Assembly (NCBI GenBank): GCA_965113315.1
Contig: OZ220367.1
Length of the DNA: 64,000 nucleotides
Direction: 5' to 3' (one strand)
From: Podarcis vaucheri
Taxonomy: Eukaryota
Part shown: positions 25,282 to 39,189 of the stretch, in pieces
Numbering within the stretch: position 1 is the stretch's first letter
Layout of the letters: each line of letters begins with the position of its first letter
Program-made: the position numbers and the translations under genes
Notes under the pieces: model-generated
The model's input: only the letters and a program-made list of their open reading frames with translations
What the model was told of the DNA's origin: nothing
Database searches by the model: none

Positions 25282-25344
25282 ATGAGTGAAGAAGCAAAGG
25301 AGAAGAACGCAAAACATACTCACAGGAAAAAGAAAGGCAAAAAG
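25282..25344 (+). CDS. ANK3: Ankyrin-3 (ankyrin-G) alternative first coding exon, MSEEAKEKNAKHTHRKKKGKK
   Basis: ATG with A at -3, 21 open codons, then a phase-0 donor AAG|gtaaac. The peptide closely resembles my recall of the mammalian ANK3 N-terminus MSEEPKEK(N/P)AKPAHRKRKGKK, which splices to SDANASYLRAARAG. I did not find exon 2 in this window. Confidence 0.88.
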
Positions 25345-28300
25345 GTAAACTCCCAGAAAGGTTCCGGCACCTTTTATTCTCGGTTATAAGGTTTTCTTTT
25401 TTTCCCTCACGTGGGTTCAAAAAAGGGTTTGATTCTGGGGTCTTTTAATTTAGGGAACCAAGAAGATGCTAGAACGAGGATGCTTTTGTTTTTCCTGGGT
25501 GCTGATGGGCGTGTTCCCTTCCTGGAAACAGAATGTTGTAACACAATTGCTTTATGTTCTTCAAATATCTGAGCATTCTGAAACAAATTGCTTACTGCAT
25601 GATTAAACAATGTGGCTTTTTGATATACTACAGCAATCTTTTAAGTCCACACCCAGGGAGTAAACAAACATCCCCATGAAAGCTTAAAAGGAACTCTGCC
25701 TGTCAACAGTGTGGGCTTGCTAATAGATGTTGTTGCGAACATTTTAAGTTCTGAATAAATGTGTGTGTGTGTTTGTGTAAATCATATAAAACCTTTTCAG
25801 ACAACACCTTGGCTAGTATAGTAGCTGTTTTTACATTCTGCAGCTGAATGAATGGTGATGAAATTTAACTTTGGTTCAGAAAACTGCTTTTGTCATGTGT
25901 TGTTGTTTCTTTATTATAGAGAACTACACAGGTGGTTCTTAGATGGATTTGCCAGAATGTTTTTTGTTGTGCGGAATAACATGGATCCTTCAAAATTGGC
26001 TCTTGTTGTTGCTGTTGTTACTTGCACTGGCTTGCAAAAATAAGATGCTGAGCATTTAAAAAATAGTGATCTTGGTGATTTCTGGTGGGAGTAGCTGAAA
26101 TTCTCAAGTCTTTGCCAGTTCATGCCATTTAAATATGTGGGATTAGTTAGGAGTAAGCAGCTGTGAAAAATTGCAGTGACTATGTGTTCCCTTCAGTTTG
26201 TTGGTCTCTCACTCCCTTCCTAAATACATTTATTTGGAGGTAGGCTCCAGTTCCAGTGAAACCTACTTGTGAATAAAAATGCCTAAGAGTGTGATTATAA
26301 ACATGCTTGCTCTCTAAACCGAGTTCCACTGAGTTCAGTGGTAGTTGCTTCCGTGAAAGTATTGCAGCCTTAGACTGTGGTGCATAAATCAGCTGGACTA
26401 GGTAACTTGGGATATTGAGGTTTAACTGATCCACAGGTTGGACTGTCTATGTAGCAAATTGGGGAAGAGAAATATATAAATAGTTGAAAGGTGGTTTGTA
26501 GCATTTTAGAAGGAAGTCGAGCACATTCCTCTCCCCATAATCTATTTTTGTGTCTGCTCTTTGCAAATATATTCTGGATTTTGCTTATGGGGGGGGGAAT
26601 GCTCTAGAGAGCATTGGAACGGGTAATCTCTGTTGCATGTAGCATATGAAATGCTTCTGCCTGGCACTGTTTTCTCACCAGGGTAGGAAATACAACTCAC
26701 TGTGGAGTTGGTTTTTTGAAAGATAAATGTTTTTAATAAAAGAGAGTATTTGTCCTGTGTTTACAGCTATACAGTTATTGTTGTTTTAAGTCAAGTGGCA
26801 TAGAATAGTAAGTGTGAAAATCCCTGTATTTAGATGAAAAGTCTTCAAACCCTGAGTAACTAAGTCAGTGGTGATCCTACGCACACTTACTTGGGAGTAA
26901 GTCCCACTGAGCACAGTGGGATTTACATTCAAGCAAGCATCCTCAGCATTAGGCTGTTTGGATTGGCTTCAACCCATTCTTCCTGCAGTAGATGTGACCT
27001 AATTGCTAAAACCCAATTCTCCTAGGAAATATGGGTACAAATCACCACATTCATGTCCATCTTTCAATATGTTTTGTTTAGTGGGAAACTGATGGTTACT
27101 GTTATGTCCTCCTCAAGAAAAGAAGAATTTTGGTGCACACTTGCTGGTTGTGGTTTGGGGAAGTGACTGAAATGTCACATATGGATTTCTGGAGCTTCAC
27201 AGCACAAAAACCACAAAGCGTTACGGTATACATGTTTTGTGTCATTTGTGACATTATTTTCCTTCCACAGTCTCGTTCGGAGATTGCAATGTCATCATGG
27301 TGTCCTATACCAGCCTTCCCCAAACGGGTGCTTTTCAGATGCTTTGGGCTTTAACTCCTATCAACCCCAGCAAGTATGGCTAATGGTGAGACATCATGGG
27401 AGTTGTAGTCCAAAACATTGGAGGGCACCAGGTTGGGGAAGACTGTCCTATACCAATACCAGTACTGAGGCACATAGAATGGTGTCCTTAGCGACTTGTT
27501 TCCACCATTGCAATTCTTGCTCCTATCCTATCCCCTCAAAGGTCCACTATGGTTGAAGCCTCTTCAAAGGTGGTTGTGATTTTTTTTTTTTTGAGAGGAG
27601 AGGTGGGGGCAAATGTTACATAGCTAGTAATAATTATGATAGGATCTTGTGAGCATATTTATATTTGGGGGTACCTGCTACTGTTACCTGCTCATATATT
27701 TGTAATCATGCTACAGTGGATCTAAGCAACAGAGTGGAATGTATAATTATGAATCCATTACTCCTATAGGGAGTCTCCTCTATTTTCAAATGGATTAGAG
27801 AGCTTCATAATATTGCATTTTGCTCTCATGCCTCATCTTGTTACATGATAGAGCGGAATGGATCTGTCGCAGACAGTCATACTCATGATATGTCTGGGCT
27901 GCTATCAGAGTGATATTAGAGAACCGAATTAATCCCTTATTTCAAAGACTAACCATTAACCTTCATAGCATGCAAGGAATTACCCCTTCATATTGCAAGA
28001 CTTCCACCATTATCCCTGTTGACTTTGCTGTTTTTCAGTCTTGGAATACATTGGATGATGAGGGCTGATGACTGACAGTTCGAAGCACTTACTTTAATGA
28101 ACTGAAAGAATCCTCCAAGAAAATTTTGGAAAGTAAATTAAGGAGCCAACTTTTATATAAAATGGCACTGTAGATGTGCCCTAACCTGATGCCGTAAATG
28201 GAGAATCAAGCAGAACCCAGAACAACTTAATAGCATCTTTTCCTGTGGTTTGTTTACGCATGGAGATATGATACACACATGATATATTTGGCACATCCTG

Positions 28301-29129
28301 TGTGCTTCCTAATCTTACGCCAGAGTTTCAAAGAAGAGAATGCAAGAGTTAGTCTGTTTTAAATTTACTCAGCAGCTCTCAAGCTAGTTTTAGATTTTAC
28401 AAAAGGGTAGCGGAAGCAGGAGTCTATTGAGTTCATTTTGTCATGATCTGGCTGTATACAAGTCTTACCTGCTCAATACATTTAGGAATGGGCTGTCTTT
28501 TTTGGAGACTAGTTAACAAAATTCAAACTCTGCTTAGTACAAGATTAACCCCAGGCTTCAAAGTTCTGGCAAGATGTATGCTTGATTAGGCAGGATTGGA
28601 GCTCTAGTTGGGCAGAGAAGAAAAAGCCCAGAGTCTTGTCGGAACCAGGAGAAGCCGCTTGGCAGAGATGGGCTCATACATTATGACATGTGTACAATGC
28701 CAAGGCTGGTGAGGTGCATGGACAGGTCTGGAGTTGTACTGCATGACAAGAACACTGGAGCAGAAGATCTACTTTCAGAAGATAAGACATGGATTATGGG
28801 ATGTAGGATGGACATGGTAAGTGCTTGCCAGGCCTCTTGAGGATCCCTGAGATGAGGTTTTAAAACACAAGAATTGCCAGTGAAGAAATGAACATGGCAA
28901 GGCACAGTTTCCTTCACAAAGCAGGGCAAGCTGTGGTCAAAGAAACGGAAACACAACCCCAGCAGGGCATGCAGACCAAGAAGCAGCTTGTATTTTCCCA
29001 AGCCCCGTTTTAAACTATCAAACCAGGCTGTTCTGAAATGGGTATGGACACCTCTGCCCCTGCAGCTTGCCTGAGGACAAGACCAACCCTTCTGATGCAA
29101 ATGGGAGTTCATTGCTGGAAAAGCATGAG

Positions 29130-29503
29130 TTAAAAGTAAAAGGTAAAGGACCCCTGAATGGTTAAGTCCCATCAAAGGCAGCTGTGGGGTGCGGCGTTCA
29201 TCTCGCTTCAGGCCAAGGGAGCCAGCATTTGTCCACAGACAGCTTTCTGGGTCATGTGGCCAGCATGACTAAACTGCTTCTGGTGCAACGGGGCACCGTG
29301 ACAAGAGCACACAGAAGCACCATTTCCTGTTTACCTTCCTGCCACATACTCGTGTTGGTATGCTTTCAAACTGCTAGGTTGTCAGGAGCTGGAACAGAGC
29401 AACGGGAGCTAACCCTGTCACATGGATTCGAATCGCCAACCTTCCGACTGGCAACCCCAAGAGGCTCAGTGGTTTAGATCACAATGCCATCCGCTCCCTT
29501 ACA
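29130..29503 (-). mobile_element. Sauria SINE (older)
   Basis: aaggtaaaggacccct tail. TSD gaaaagcatgag (29118-29129 and 29504-29515). Confidence 0.88.
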
Positions 29504-31651
29504 GAAAAGCATGAGCACCTTCCCAAACATTTAAAACTAAAGCTAAAACAATGAAATCCATTAATATTCAATGTTTTAAATTTTGACTCTGAGAATTAGA
29601 TCGAAAATGTAAAATCCATAAGGCTTTCTGATCAACAGATTTGTTTTTTGTTGTTGGTTTTTTGCTGAGAAAGAAATTAGGCACTATAAGTCTTGGACCA
29701 GGAAAATGCTCATCTTGTGGTAAAGCTGTTCCAGGAAATTGCCTCTTCAGGTGGGAAATGCCAGGACTGAATGCTGCATTCCCTTAGAAAACTAGATATG
29801 TGTCGCAGTGTTAGAATTGAGGTATAGAAGCCAAGTGCAAAATGGCTCCTTAAACCAGGGTTACCTGCGTAGAAACAGAATAATGCCTAGTTGCCATTTT
29901 GGGGCCAGTTACCTCAAAAGTCTTACTTTTCATTATGACTTTTTGGTTCCTGAGATTCATTCTGATAAAATCTAACAGATAGAATACTACAGGACGTGTT
30001 GCTAGTGTGTGAAAACAAGCAAGAATCCCTACGCATGCACCTCCAGATGGTGGAGACGTCAGCCGCCATCCTGGCACCCGGGCATCTTCACTTGGTTGCA
30101 AGTGGCCGAGAGCCAGGTGCAAAATATGCCTGGTGCCTGGCAAATTTCAAACGCTCTGTGTGTGCGCGCGCATGGAAAGAGTCTAGCCTAGTCTATGTCT
30201 AGCCTCAGCCTCAGAATTCTTAGAAGGAAGAATCTGGTTAGTTTGAGTACAAGGTTGTAATCTTCAGGTCATTAGGGTTAGGGCTATTTACACATTTGCA
30301 GATGTGGACATATGGGATGGAGCAGCAAGACTGAGCAGACCGGACCCTGTTCTTGCTTCACCTCTGTACTCTTCTGTACTGAGTGAAATTCAGCACATGC
30401 ACTCATTCCTTAAACACTTCTCAAATACATGATCCTGGTTCCTTAAAATGGTGTATGTGTATGGTGTATGTGCAAGATCTTGCATATTGGCCATGCATAC
30501 ATTGGAATCAACATGTATTTACACACTTATGCCAGTATGTCATGGTGAAGCATAAAGACACAGAGATGATAGAAGCCGACTCTCGCCACCACCCATTTGA
30601 GATATGTACAGTGTCAAATATTTCAGTAGTCCACTGATGTTCCATTGACTTAAGTGGGAACTATGCTGGACTAAATAAAGGGTTGCAGCTTAAACATATA
30701 TGCAATTTTTCGGCTTGAAAAGGTAAGTGGCCTTTTAATAATTTCAATAATGCCTAGTGAGTAAAACTGTTTGTTCCTGGCATTCATCAAATACAAAATA
30801 TTCTACTTGGTTCTTTTTGGCTTGCAATCCTGCTGAGTAACTCTTCCTTTGAGCTGAAAGGTAATCAGATACTGTTGGATGAAATTGTATGAGAATTCTT
30901 CATATGATTGCACTATATAAAATAATTCCTTGCAAATAACTGTGGTACAGATGTTGGAATCGCATCTGAAAGCTGTGAAATGAGTGGAAAGGGTGGCTGT
31001 CTTTGGAGTTCTTTGCATATGCAAATTAATTTCTCTTCTCTCCCTTCTTCTGTGAAATTAGCGTGATGTAAAGAAGTATGAGTTTAAAATGTAGATCTGA
31101 GAAGCAGTGTGTTTCAAATATCTCCACTATGTCCGTGCATCACAAATTTGAGCAATACAAAGATAACGATGCGTCAGAAAAATAACATGATGCTTGTAGT
31201 GTTGCAGTAACATTGATGTACATGAAAGGGAGGCAGTGGTCTTGAGTATTAAGAACATTAGATCCCACTGGATGAGGCCAATGGCCCATCTAGTCCCTCC
31301 ATTAATTGGAGGATGTGGTGGCAAAGGAGGCAGGTCACACATAAGGACTAGCGGGTGGTGACTAGGTGTTTTTATTTTGTGGTGGGGAGGGAAGAAAAGC
31401 AATGGCTGAGACCCTTGGATCTGTTGAGTTTTACCTGCCAGCTCCTTATGTGGCCTTAGGCAGCTGCATTCCCTTGAGATAGTTGACACTATCCTTGTGC
31501 ATACTTTACAATGACTGCATATATAATGGGGGGCAGGGTTGAGGCCATTCCTCTCTCACACACACACACCCTGCCCATGTTCCACATAACTTCTGGAAGA
31601 GCCTCCACACACAGTTTGTCCCTTACAAAGGGAAATCTGCATGCATACAGG

Positions 31652-32526
31652 CTCCTCCCTAAGTGTCTGGAGACGGTTGATGGATGGATGGCGGCTAAAA
31701 ACTTGAGGTTGAATCCTGATAAGACAGAAGTAATGTTTTGGGGGGACAGGAGGCGGGCAGGTGTGGAGGATTCCCTGGTCCTGAATGGGGTAACTGTGCC
31801 CCTGAAGGACCAAGTGCGCAACCTGGGAGTCATTTTGGATTCGCAGCTGTCCATGGAGGAGCAGGTCAATTCTGTGTCCAGGGCAGCTGTTTACCATCTC
31901 TATCTGGTACGTAGGCTGAGACCCTACCTGCCCGCGGACTGTCTCGCCAGAGTGGTGCATGCTCTAGTTATCTCCTGCTTGGAATACTGCAATGCGCTCT
32001 ACTTGGGGCTACCTTTGAAGGTGACCCGGAAACTACAACTAATCCAGAATGTGGCAGCTAGACTGGTGACTGGGAGCGGCCGCTGAGACCACATAACACC
32101 AGTCTTGAAAGACCTATATCAGCTCCCAGTACGTTTCCGAGCACAATTCAAAGTGTTGGTGCTTTAAAGCCCTAAACAGCCTCGGTCCTGTATACCTGAA
32201 GGAGTGTCTCCACCCCCATCATCATTCTGCCCGGAAACTGAGGTCCAGCGCCAAGGGCCTTCTGGCGGTTCCCTCACTGTGAGAAGTGAAGTTACAGGAA
32301 AACAGGCAGAGGGCCTTCTCAGTAGTGGCACCTACCCTGTGGAACGCCCTTCCACCAGATGTCAAAGGCAAAAACAACTACCAGACTTTTAGAAGACATC
32401 TGGAGGCAGCCCTGTTTAGGGAAGCTTTTAATATCTGAAGGACTATTGTATTTTAATATTTTGTTGGAAACCACCCAGAGTGGCTGGGGAAACCCAGCCA
32501 GATGGGCACGGGGTATAGATAATAAA

Positions 32527-32567
<41 letters not shown>
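31652..32567 (+). mobile_element. L2-clade LINE, 5'-truncated (RT C-terminus and 3' end)
   Basis: CLETVDGWMAAKNLRLNPDKTEVM...VRNLGVILDSQLSM...LEYCNALYLGLP...LQLIQNVAARLVTG, with a premature stop at 32084-32086 and an (ATT)n tail. Confidence 0.92.
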
Positions 32568-32569
<2 letters not shown>

Positions 32570-33174
32570 CTGGGTGGGGGCGGATTGAGAGTATGGACAG
32601 CGGGTGTGATCTTGCGCTTCTCTTTTATGCATTCATTGACAGGTGGGCATAGGTCTATGACCTGCTCTTCTCTAGCAGTCTTCATCTCTGTTCTTGGCAA
32701 AGCCCCTTCCACCATACTGGGAGTTGGCTTTCTGCAAGGTCTGTTAGTGCCAAGCTAGCATTCTCTAGCTCCTCTGGAGTGATGAGGCATCTTGCTGTTG
32801 CACATGAATGTGCAAAAGTGCTTAAACACTTGAATGCCACTGGGTAATGTTTCAAGCCTGAGAGCAGTTAAAATGTTCTTTTCAAGTGGAATTTAGCTGA
32901 AAGGTGCGTTATTAAGCTTCCTTAAGTAGAAAGTTGGGGCTCAGTAACTGGAGATTTTCTGCTTCTAAACTCTTGCCTGGGCTCTTCCTGTTGCCATACC
33001 CCACCCCTGTTCCATTCACAAAGCTGCCTGATATACAGGGAATTGGGCACTAGAGATACACACAGCATCACAAGCCTAACAAAATTTATGAATTAGTTAG
33101 TGACCAATGTAAGGATGCAAGGCTTGGAGTGTTCAAATATTACCATTGGTTGCAGGCAATATGTGTTTTTGTGT

Positions 33175-34335
33175 AGTTATTTCATAAAATTTATGCATCA
33201 CTTGATTGTTAAAAGCACACACACCCTCAAAGCGGGTCACAAACAGATAAAACCATAAAATTAAGAAAACCTTATAGCCGTGCTTTAAAACATACAAAAG
33301 TTAAAATATTAATACTGATTAAAATTACCTCAACTTTCTAAGCATCTGGTCAGACTTGTCTAAACAAGGATGCTTTTAGCAGGTGCCGAAAAGAGTACAG
33401 TGAAAGGCGCCTGCTTTATCTCAACAGGCAGGGAGTTCCAAAGTTTAGGTGCTGCCACACTAAATGATCAAGTTATTACAAATACAGAATGGGTGTTATG
33501 TGGCACCTGCAAGTAGTGCCAGTTCCGCTGGTTGTAGTGGTTGCGTGGGCACATATCTGATGTAAGGCGATTTTGTAAGTAAACTGGTCCCAAGTTGTTA
33601 AGGACTTTGTATACTAAGAGTAACACCTTGAACTTGGTCCGGTAACAAATCGGCAGCCAATGCAATCTCTGAGCCCAAGAGGCAAGGTGTGGCAACCGCC
33701 TCAGGCGGCAGGATCCACAGGGGCAGCAGATCCTGTTGTAGATCTTCTTTCCCCCTTGTTCCTGACATAGATCTGCACTCACCCCTTCTTCCCTGGCAGA
33801 GAGAGAGGTGCCATTTTGTGGTTCACCCCAGGGGCCAAAATTTCTTGGGCCTGCCCTTCTCCGAACACAGGTGTTATATGCTGGCAAGGCCTCACTCCTG
33901 TCAGCAGCGGTGCTGCAGCTTTTGGATCGAGCACAAGGGAAGCCCCACACAGAGCACATTGCAGTAATCCAGTCTTGAAGGAACCAACACATAAAGTACT
34001 GTGGCAGGGCTTTCCCAGATCAAGAATGGCTGTAGCTGTCAAGCCAGTTGCAGTTGGTAAAAGGCACTTCTAGCCACTGAGGCTACCTGAGACTCTAGAG
34101 ACAGAGTTGGATCCAGAAGCGTCCAGAAACTCAGACCTGCTGGCAGTGCAACCCTTATCCAGAGAAGGCAACTGAGCAATTTCTCAGACGTGGGAGCTAC
34201 TCGCCCACAGTGCCTCCTTCTTGCCAGCATTCAAGCTCGGCTTGCTTGACCTCATCAATTTCACCACTGTGTCCGGGCAGTGGTCCAGAGACAGCACAGC
34301 CCCTCCTGATTCAGATGTCATCAGGATATAATGAT
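33175..34335 (-). mobile_element. Old L2-clade LINE fragment interrupted by a ~180-bp insert (~33670-33858)
   Basis: Minus-strand remnants LDPTLSLESQVASVARSAFYQLQL and LHWLPICYRTKFKVLLLVYKVLNNLGP. Confidence 0.8.
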
Positions 34336-35569
34336 GTTGGTAGATACGGGAAGCAGAAGAGGCTGGCAAAAATGTCGGCTGGAGAAGCCCCTCATTTAAA
34401 TATGGGGAAGACGGTAAATTTTGAATTAAGTGTGATGCATGTAGTTATTTCAGACCTGAGTGAGCATCCTAGCCAAACCTAGACACACTAATGAATTCAG
34501 TAAGGAAGTCTTGTCACAGAAGTCTTTGCTTCTCATGGTTTCTTAGCTGGCTGTCTATTTCATATGTTTATGATTATTTACGCGTTGTCCTGCTTTAGAT
34601 AATTCTCTTGTTTGTGTTCGAAAGTGTTGATGAAAATGAAGACAATGAGTGTGGACTAGTAACCCAGGAATGTATTCTGTGCTACAAAAGGCTTACACAG
34701 ATTTCTTCTACCTGGTCCTACTGCGGGAATGCTTAGAGAAAGGGCATGCAGGGTAATGAGCCAAGACCCCAATCCCTGCACCAGAGATGGGGAATTTGTG
34801 GTCCTCCAGAGATTGCTGAACTACAGTTCCCATCATCCTTATCTACTGGCTAGCTGGGGCTGATGGGAACTGGAGTCCAACAACATATTGAGGACGTCAG
34901 GTTCCTCATACCATCCTACACAGCTGTGAGCAAAAGAAGAGATGAAAGATAAGCAGGAGCAATGGAACTGGCAAACATTTGTAAACTGAAAGAAGGAACT
35001 TAAGATTGGAATGCTCAGGAGAAAGAAGTGAGTGAAGGGAGAAGCTGAATAGGTAAGCTAAGCAGCAGATTAAAGAGGTTGAATGAGAAACAGGAGGACT
35101 GAGAAGGAAGGTATTGCAAGAACTAGGATATGAAAGAATTAAAACATTGCCTAGCATTTTTGTAGCCAAAGAATGCAACTTAGACAAAGCTGAACATGGC
35201 AAGAATATGGTGTTTCATTAGGCCTTTTTGTTTTGTTTTTTAAAATATGTTCATCCATGGTCTATTGTTCATACACACGCACATTACACATCCACTTTGA
35301 GTACATGCTGATATTGAAAAGCCAGGTTTAAATAAGGGTTAGAGCAAAAAAGCAAAATTATGCAGGAAAATCTAACGACAAAGAGAAAATAGCAGAAGGT
35401 GGTGCTGGGCAGACAAACAGTTTTAGAAACCTTAATTTAAGAGAATGGCATGAGAGCCAAGAAGACTCAGCATGAAAACATCCTGAAAGGTGAGAGAGAG
35501 AATGAAGTGAAAGATCACTGGAAGAAAATTGCAGATAATCTTTCTACAGGAAACTGCTATAACTGGTTT

Positions 35570-36860
35570 TTAAAAATAACATTTTATTTTTATAGACAAG
35601 GATCATAGGCATAATAAATGGTACAAATAAATAGACCAACCAAGCCTTCTGATGTCATTTGTATATCACAGAAATGGCACAACAAATTTGTAGTAATACC
35701 TACAACACATGGTTCATTATTAGTGGTCAGTGTATAAGTTCTTGGTTTAAACAAAAAAGGGAAAACAGGATAGTACACAGTTAATAGATAACATTCAACA
35801 TTGCATAGCTATATGCCTAATCAGGAGTTCTTGTTGTAGTGCTTAGATTAAGTATGAGTAATAGCCATTTACCAATGAAGCAATATAAAGTGTTGGTATA
35901 TTGATGAACGTGGGAGGAGGGTCAAAGTGTAGAAAATAATTTTATGTTTAAATTTAAATTTAGATCAGCCAGATTGATACAAATGCTGATGGGGAGGATT
36001 GTTCATTTTCTGGAATACTGGCATATGTTATTAAATTAAACCACACCGCAGAAAACCATCTTTCTGTCCATGTGTCAACCATAGTTTATTTGTTAATCTC
36101 TCAAGGAGGGCTTTCTCCCAAACTGTTTTGTACCAATTGCCTATTGTGCCAAAAAGGTCTTTCCAGTCACAATAAATTGCTTGTTAATTATTTTTTATGT
36201 AAATCCAGATTGTTGTCCTGAAATATATTTAATAAAGCTAATTCTGGTTCAACTTTGAATTGTTTTGTTATTTTATTAATTTCTTGGAATATCAAATTCC
36301 AGAAAGGCTGGAGTTTTGTACATTCCCACCACATGTGGAGAAATGTACCAGCCCCTCCAACAACATGGTGAGTTGACAGGATGGATCATTGCCAGCTTCT
36401 TAGGGGTCAGGTACCACCTACATATGAATTTTAGGGTTAATACTCTACTGCTTGCCAAAATAAAGGGTTTTTGGTCCCTATTCTCTATTGTCCCTATTCC
36501 AATGGGGTCTCTATTCCACTGACCTGGGTCAAGTTCACAACCGAAATTGCATTCCCACTGATGTTTAATAGGGTCATCTGAATCCACTGATGCACTAAGT
36601 AGAATTTTATAGATTGTGCATGTTATACCTGGATCTTGTCCTTCTGTGGATATTACAAGTCTTTCAAATGGGGCTAATGGTTGTAGGGCTGCCTTACTGG
36701 TAATTGGGTTAGCCAAGAAAGTGTGGATTTGCTGAAGTAGCAGCCAAAGAGTTTGTTATTTTCCTAGTTTAGTCAATATATCTTGGTGTGATAGTGGTGT
36801 ATTTCTGTTATACAAGTCACATTACCAATATGGATTTTTTGCCCTCCATCCAGTCACATC
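35570..36860 (-). mobile_element. Old L1-clade LINE 3' fragment
   Basis: ORF 36276-36716 (QWECNFG...LKFICRWYLTPKKLAMIHPVNSPCCWRG) resembles the L1 ORF2 C-terminal zinc-knuckle region. Boundaries are approximate. Confidence 0.72.
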
Positions 36861-37768
36861 AAATTGTTGTGAAGTGTGAAACAAACCCTGGTTTAAGGCT
36901 GACTGGAAAAAAAAAACCATGGTAAGTCAGGAACCCTGGTTTATTGTGACATGTGAGTGCACCTGCTCAGATAGTACTGTACAGTCCAATATTTTGGAAG
37001 GAAAACTGAGAAGATAGACAGTAGTTATGTCATAGTTGTGTCTAGACAACTTGTGAGTTTTGCGTGTTTTTATTTTTCAAGGACGAGGAGACTGATGTGG
37101 CTGGCTTGAATGAAGGAGAAACAGGCAGAAGATAGAGGTTAAAGATATAAAATAAGATAAAGGAGTAGAATCATGAGAATTCAAAAAAGGAGAGAAAATA
37201 AATCTCTTTTTACTGAAATGATAGCAGCTGTAATATATTTCCCAGCATGTTGCGTTTGAAGTAGCATTTGATGGGCCTTCCTCCTCCCAATGAATCAGAT
37301 GAACGAGCATTTACACTTGGCATAGTTCAATATTAGGTACTCTAAATGAGTCAAACAGCTAGATATGTACTGCTGGCTTAGGATATCCTCAAAAACTCTG
37401 CAAAGGAGCAAATCCTAGAAATGATCAATATTTCAATTACTGCAATCCAGTATATGTTGCGTAAATTGTGCATGTGCTCTATTCCATTTCATCTTTATGA
37501 CTTTCCCTTTGATTTATGCCTTTAGCCTGGCGTGCATCAATCTACGTAATCAGTTATTAGCAATATATTATTTTTTAAAACGTAATAAACAACAGCAAAA
37601 GACACAGTTCTCCAAGCTGTTTGCCAGATATGCTGAACTCCAAAAAGATCATTTTGTTTTTTGTCCTCAATTCACTTCCTAATATGTGTCTGCTGCTCCA
37701 TTACTAACGCTGATAGCAAAGAGGTTTTGACCCATCAGGTTGTGCGGTGAGTCAGATTCCTTTTCTGT

Positions 37769-37787
37769 ATCGCCCCCTGGTGTTCAG
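37769..37787 (-). promoter_or_regulatory. CTCF-like motif
   Basis: Minus strand reads tgaacaccagggggcgat, close to the CCACCAGGGGGCGC core, in non-repeat sequence. Confidence 0.5.
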
Positions 37788-38984
37788 TAGAGCTCTCATT
37801 CAGCCTTCTCTCTTTCCATCACACCTTTTGAAGTTGTTATCACTATGTCATTACTAATACATTCCTTGGTGACATATTGTTGAGACAGTAAACATTTTAT
37901 TGAGACTTCGGGTGAAAGAAGTGGACCTCAACACCAAGTGATGTGTTTTTTTTGTAACTGGTGTGTGAGAAGCCTTAAGACCTGCAGATTGAATGGAAAG
38001 TTTGAAATGAACAGCAGAGGTTAATGATGCTTAATAATGTTCACAAGCTCTCATTGACAGTCAGCTTTTGAATGAGTGGGTGAAGGGAAGGAAGTTGCTC
38101 CCTCTCAACACTTGTTCCATTCATGTTTGCTGCAAAATGTAGCGCTCTTCTGTACTTGGCCCCAATTCTCAACTATTCTGGGAGAGCCAAGAAAAATAAT
38201 GGAGATTAGATAGCCTTGTTAGGGAATCACCTCATATGTTGCACCTACAGCATGCTCCATATGATGTGCAGCAAAAATGTACCACTTAGAACCTGCATGT
38301 TTAAAATGGTTGCTTGTTCAAGCACACACTGTAGGAAGCTCCCAGTATGCTGGCAAGAGCTGCATCTGGTACCCATTTTGGGAGACTGGAGTAGTCAGAC
38401 CCAACTTAACTATGGCTAAGTGATACATCAGCTGACTGGCAACAATTTAAAGCTGTTTCTGAATATTGTCAGATATGGTTAGCTTAACCGCAGTCAACAC
38501 CAGTGCAGATAATGTTGAGTGATAAAGGTATGCGAATTTACTGTGCAGAGGAAAGGAGAGATGAAGGGACAGACATTGCAATCCATTCCCAGTTAAGAGA
38601 GCCTCACATGTTACATATGCACCGGATCCTGTTCTCACCAAAAGAACAAGCCTTCTGCTTGCCTGTATATAGAGTCATAGAATTGTAAAGTATGCATATG
38701 ATTTAGCAGCTTTTTACAGAATTTCCCTTCGCAGACCTCCGTTTTCCTTCTTTGAAACTAAAATGCTGTAAGCTTCATGAATTCAGGTCCCAGCTGACCA
38801 AGGAAATCCACAGATGCCATCATTCACCAATGAATATATGGATCAGTGATTCTCTGTGTTTCTCTCTCTCTCTCTCTCTCTCTGACCACATAAATTTCTG
38901 GGATCTTCAGAAGACCAAATCAAAGCACATATACAACTCATATTTTAAGAACTTTTTCTCTCTATTTAGCATCATCACAAAACA

Positions 38985-39189
38985 ATGCCTTGGAAGTTGA
39001 ACAGCTTAGTTCGCGAACGTTTTGGCTTCCGAACGTTGCAAACCCAGAAGGGACTGTTCTGGTTTGTGAACTATTTTTGGAAGCTGAACGTCCGACGGGG
39101 CTTCCATGGCTTCTAATTGTTTTTGAACATTTTGGAAGTCAAATGGACTTCTTGAACGGATTCCGTTTGACTTCCAAGGTACGACTGTA
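38985..39189. mobile_element. Degenerate Tc1/pogo MITE
   Basis: Homologous to 49060-49310. Right end ccaaggtacgactgta. Confidence 0.7.

Noticed and set aside
31511-32086. 191-aa ORF as a host gene
   Set aside because: It is flanking sequence read into an L2 RT fragment that ends at a premature stop.
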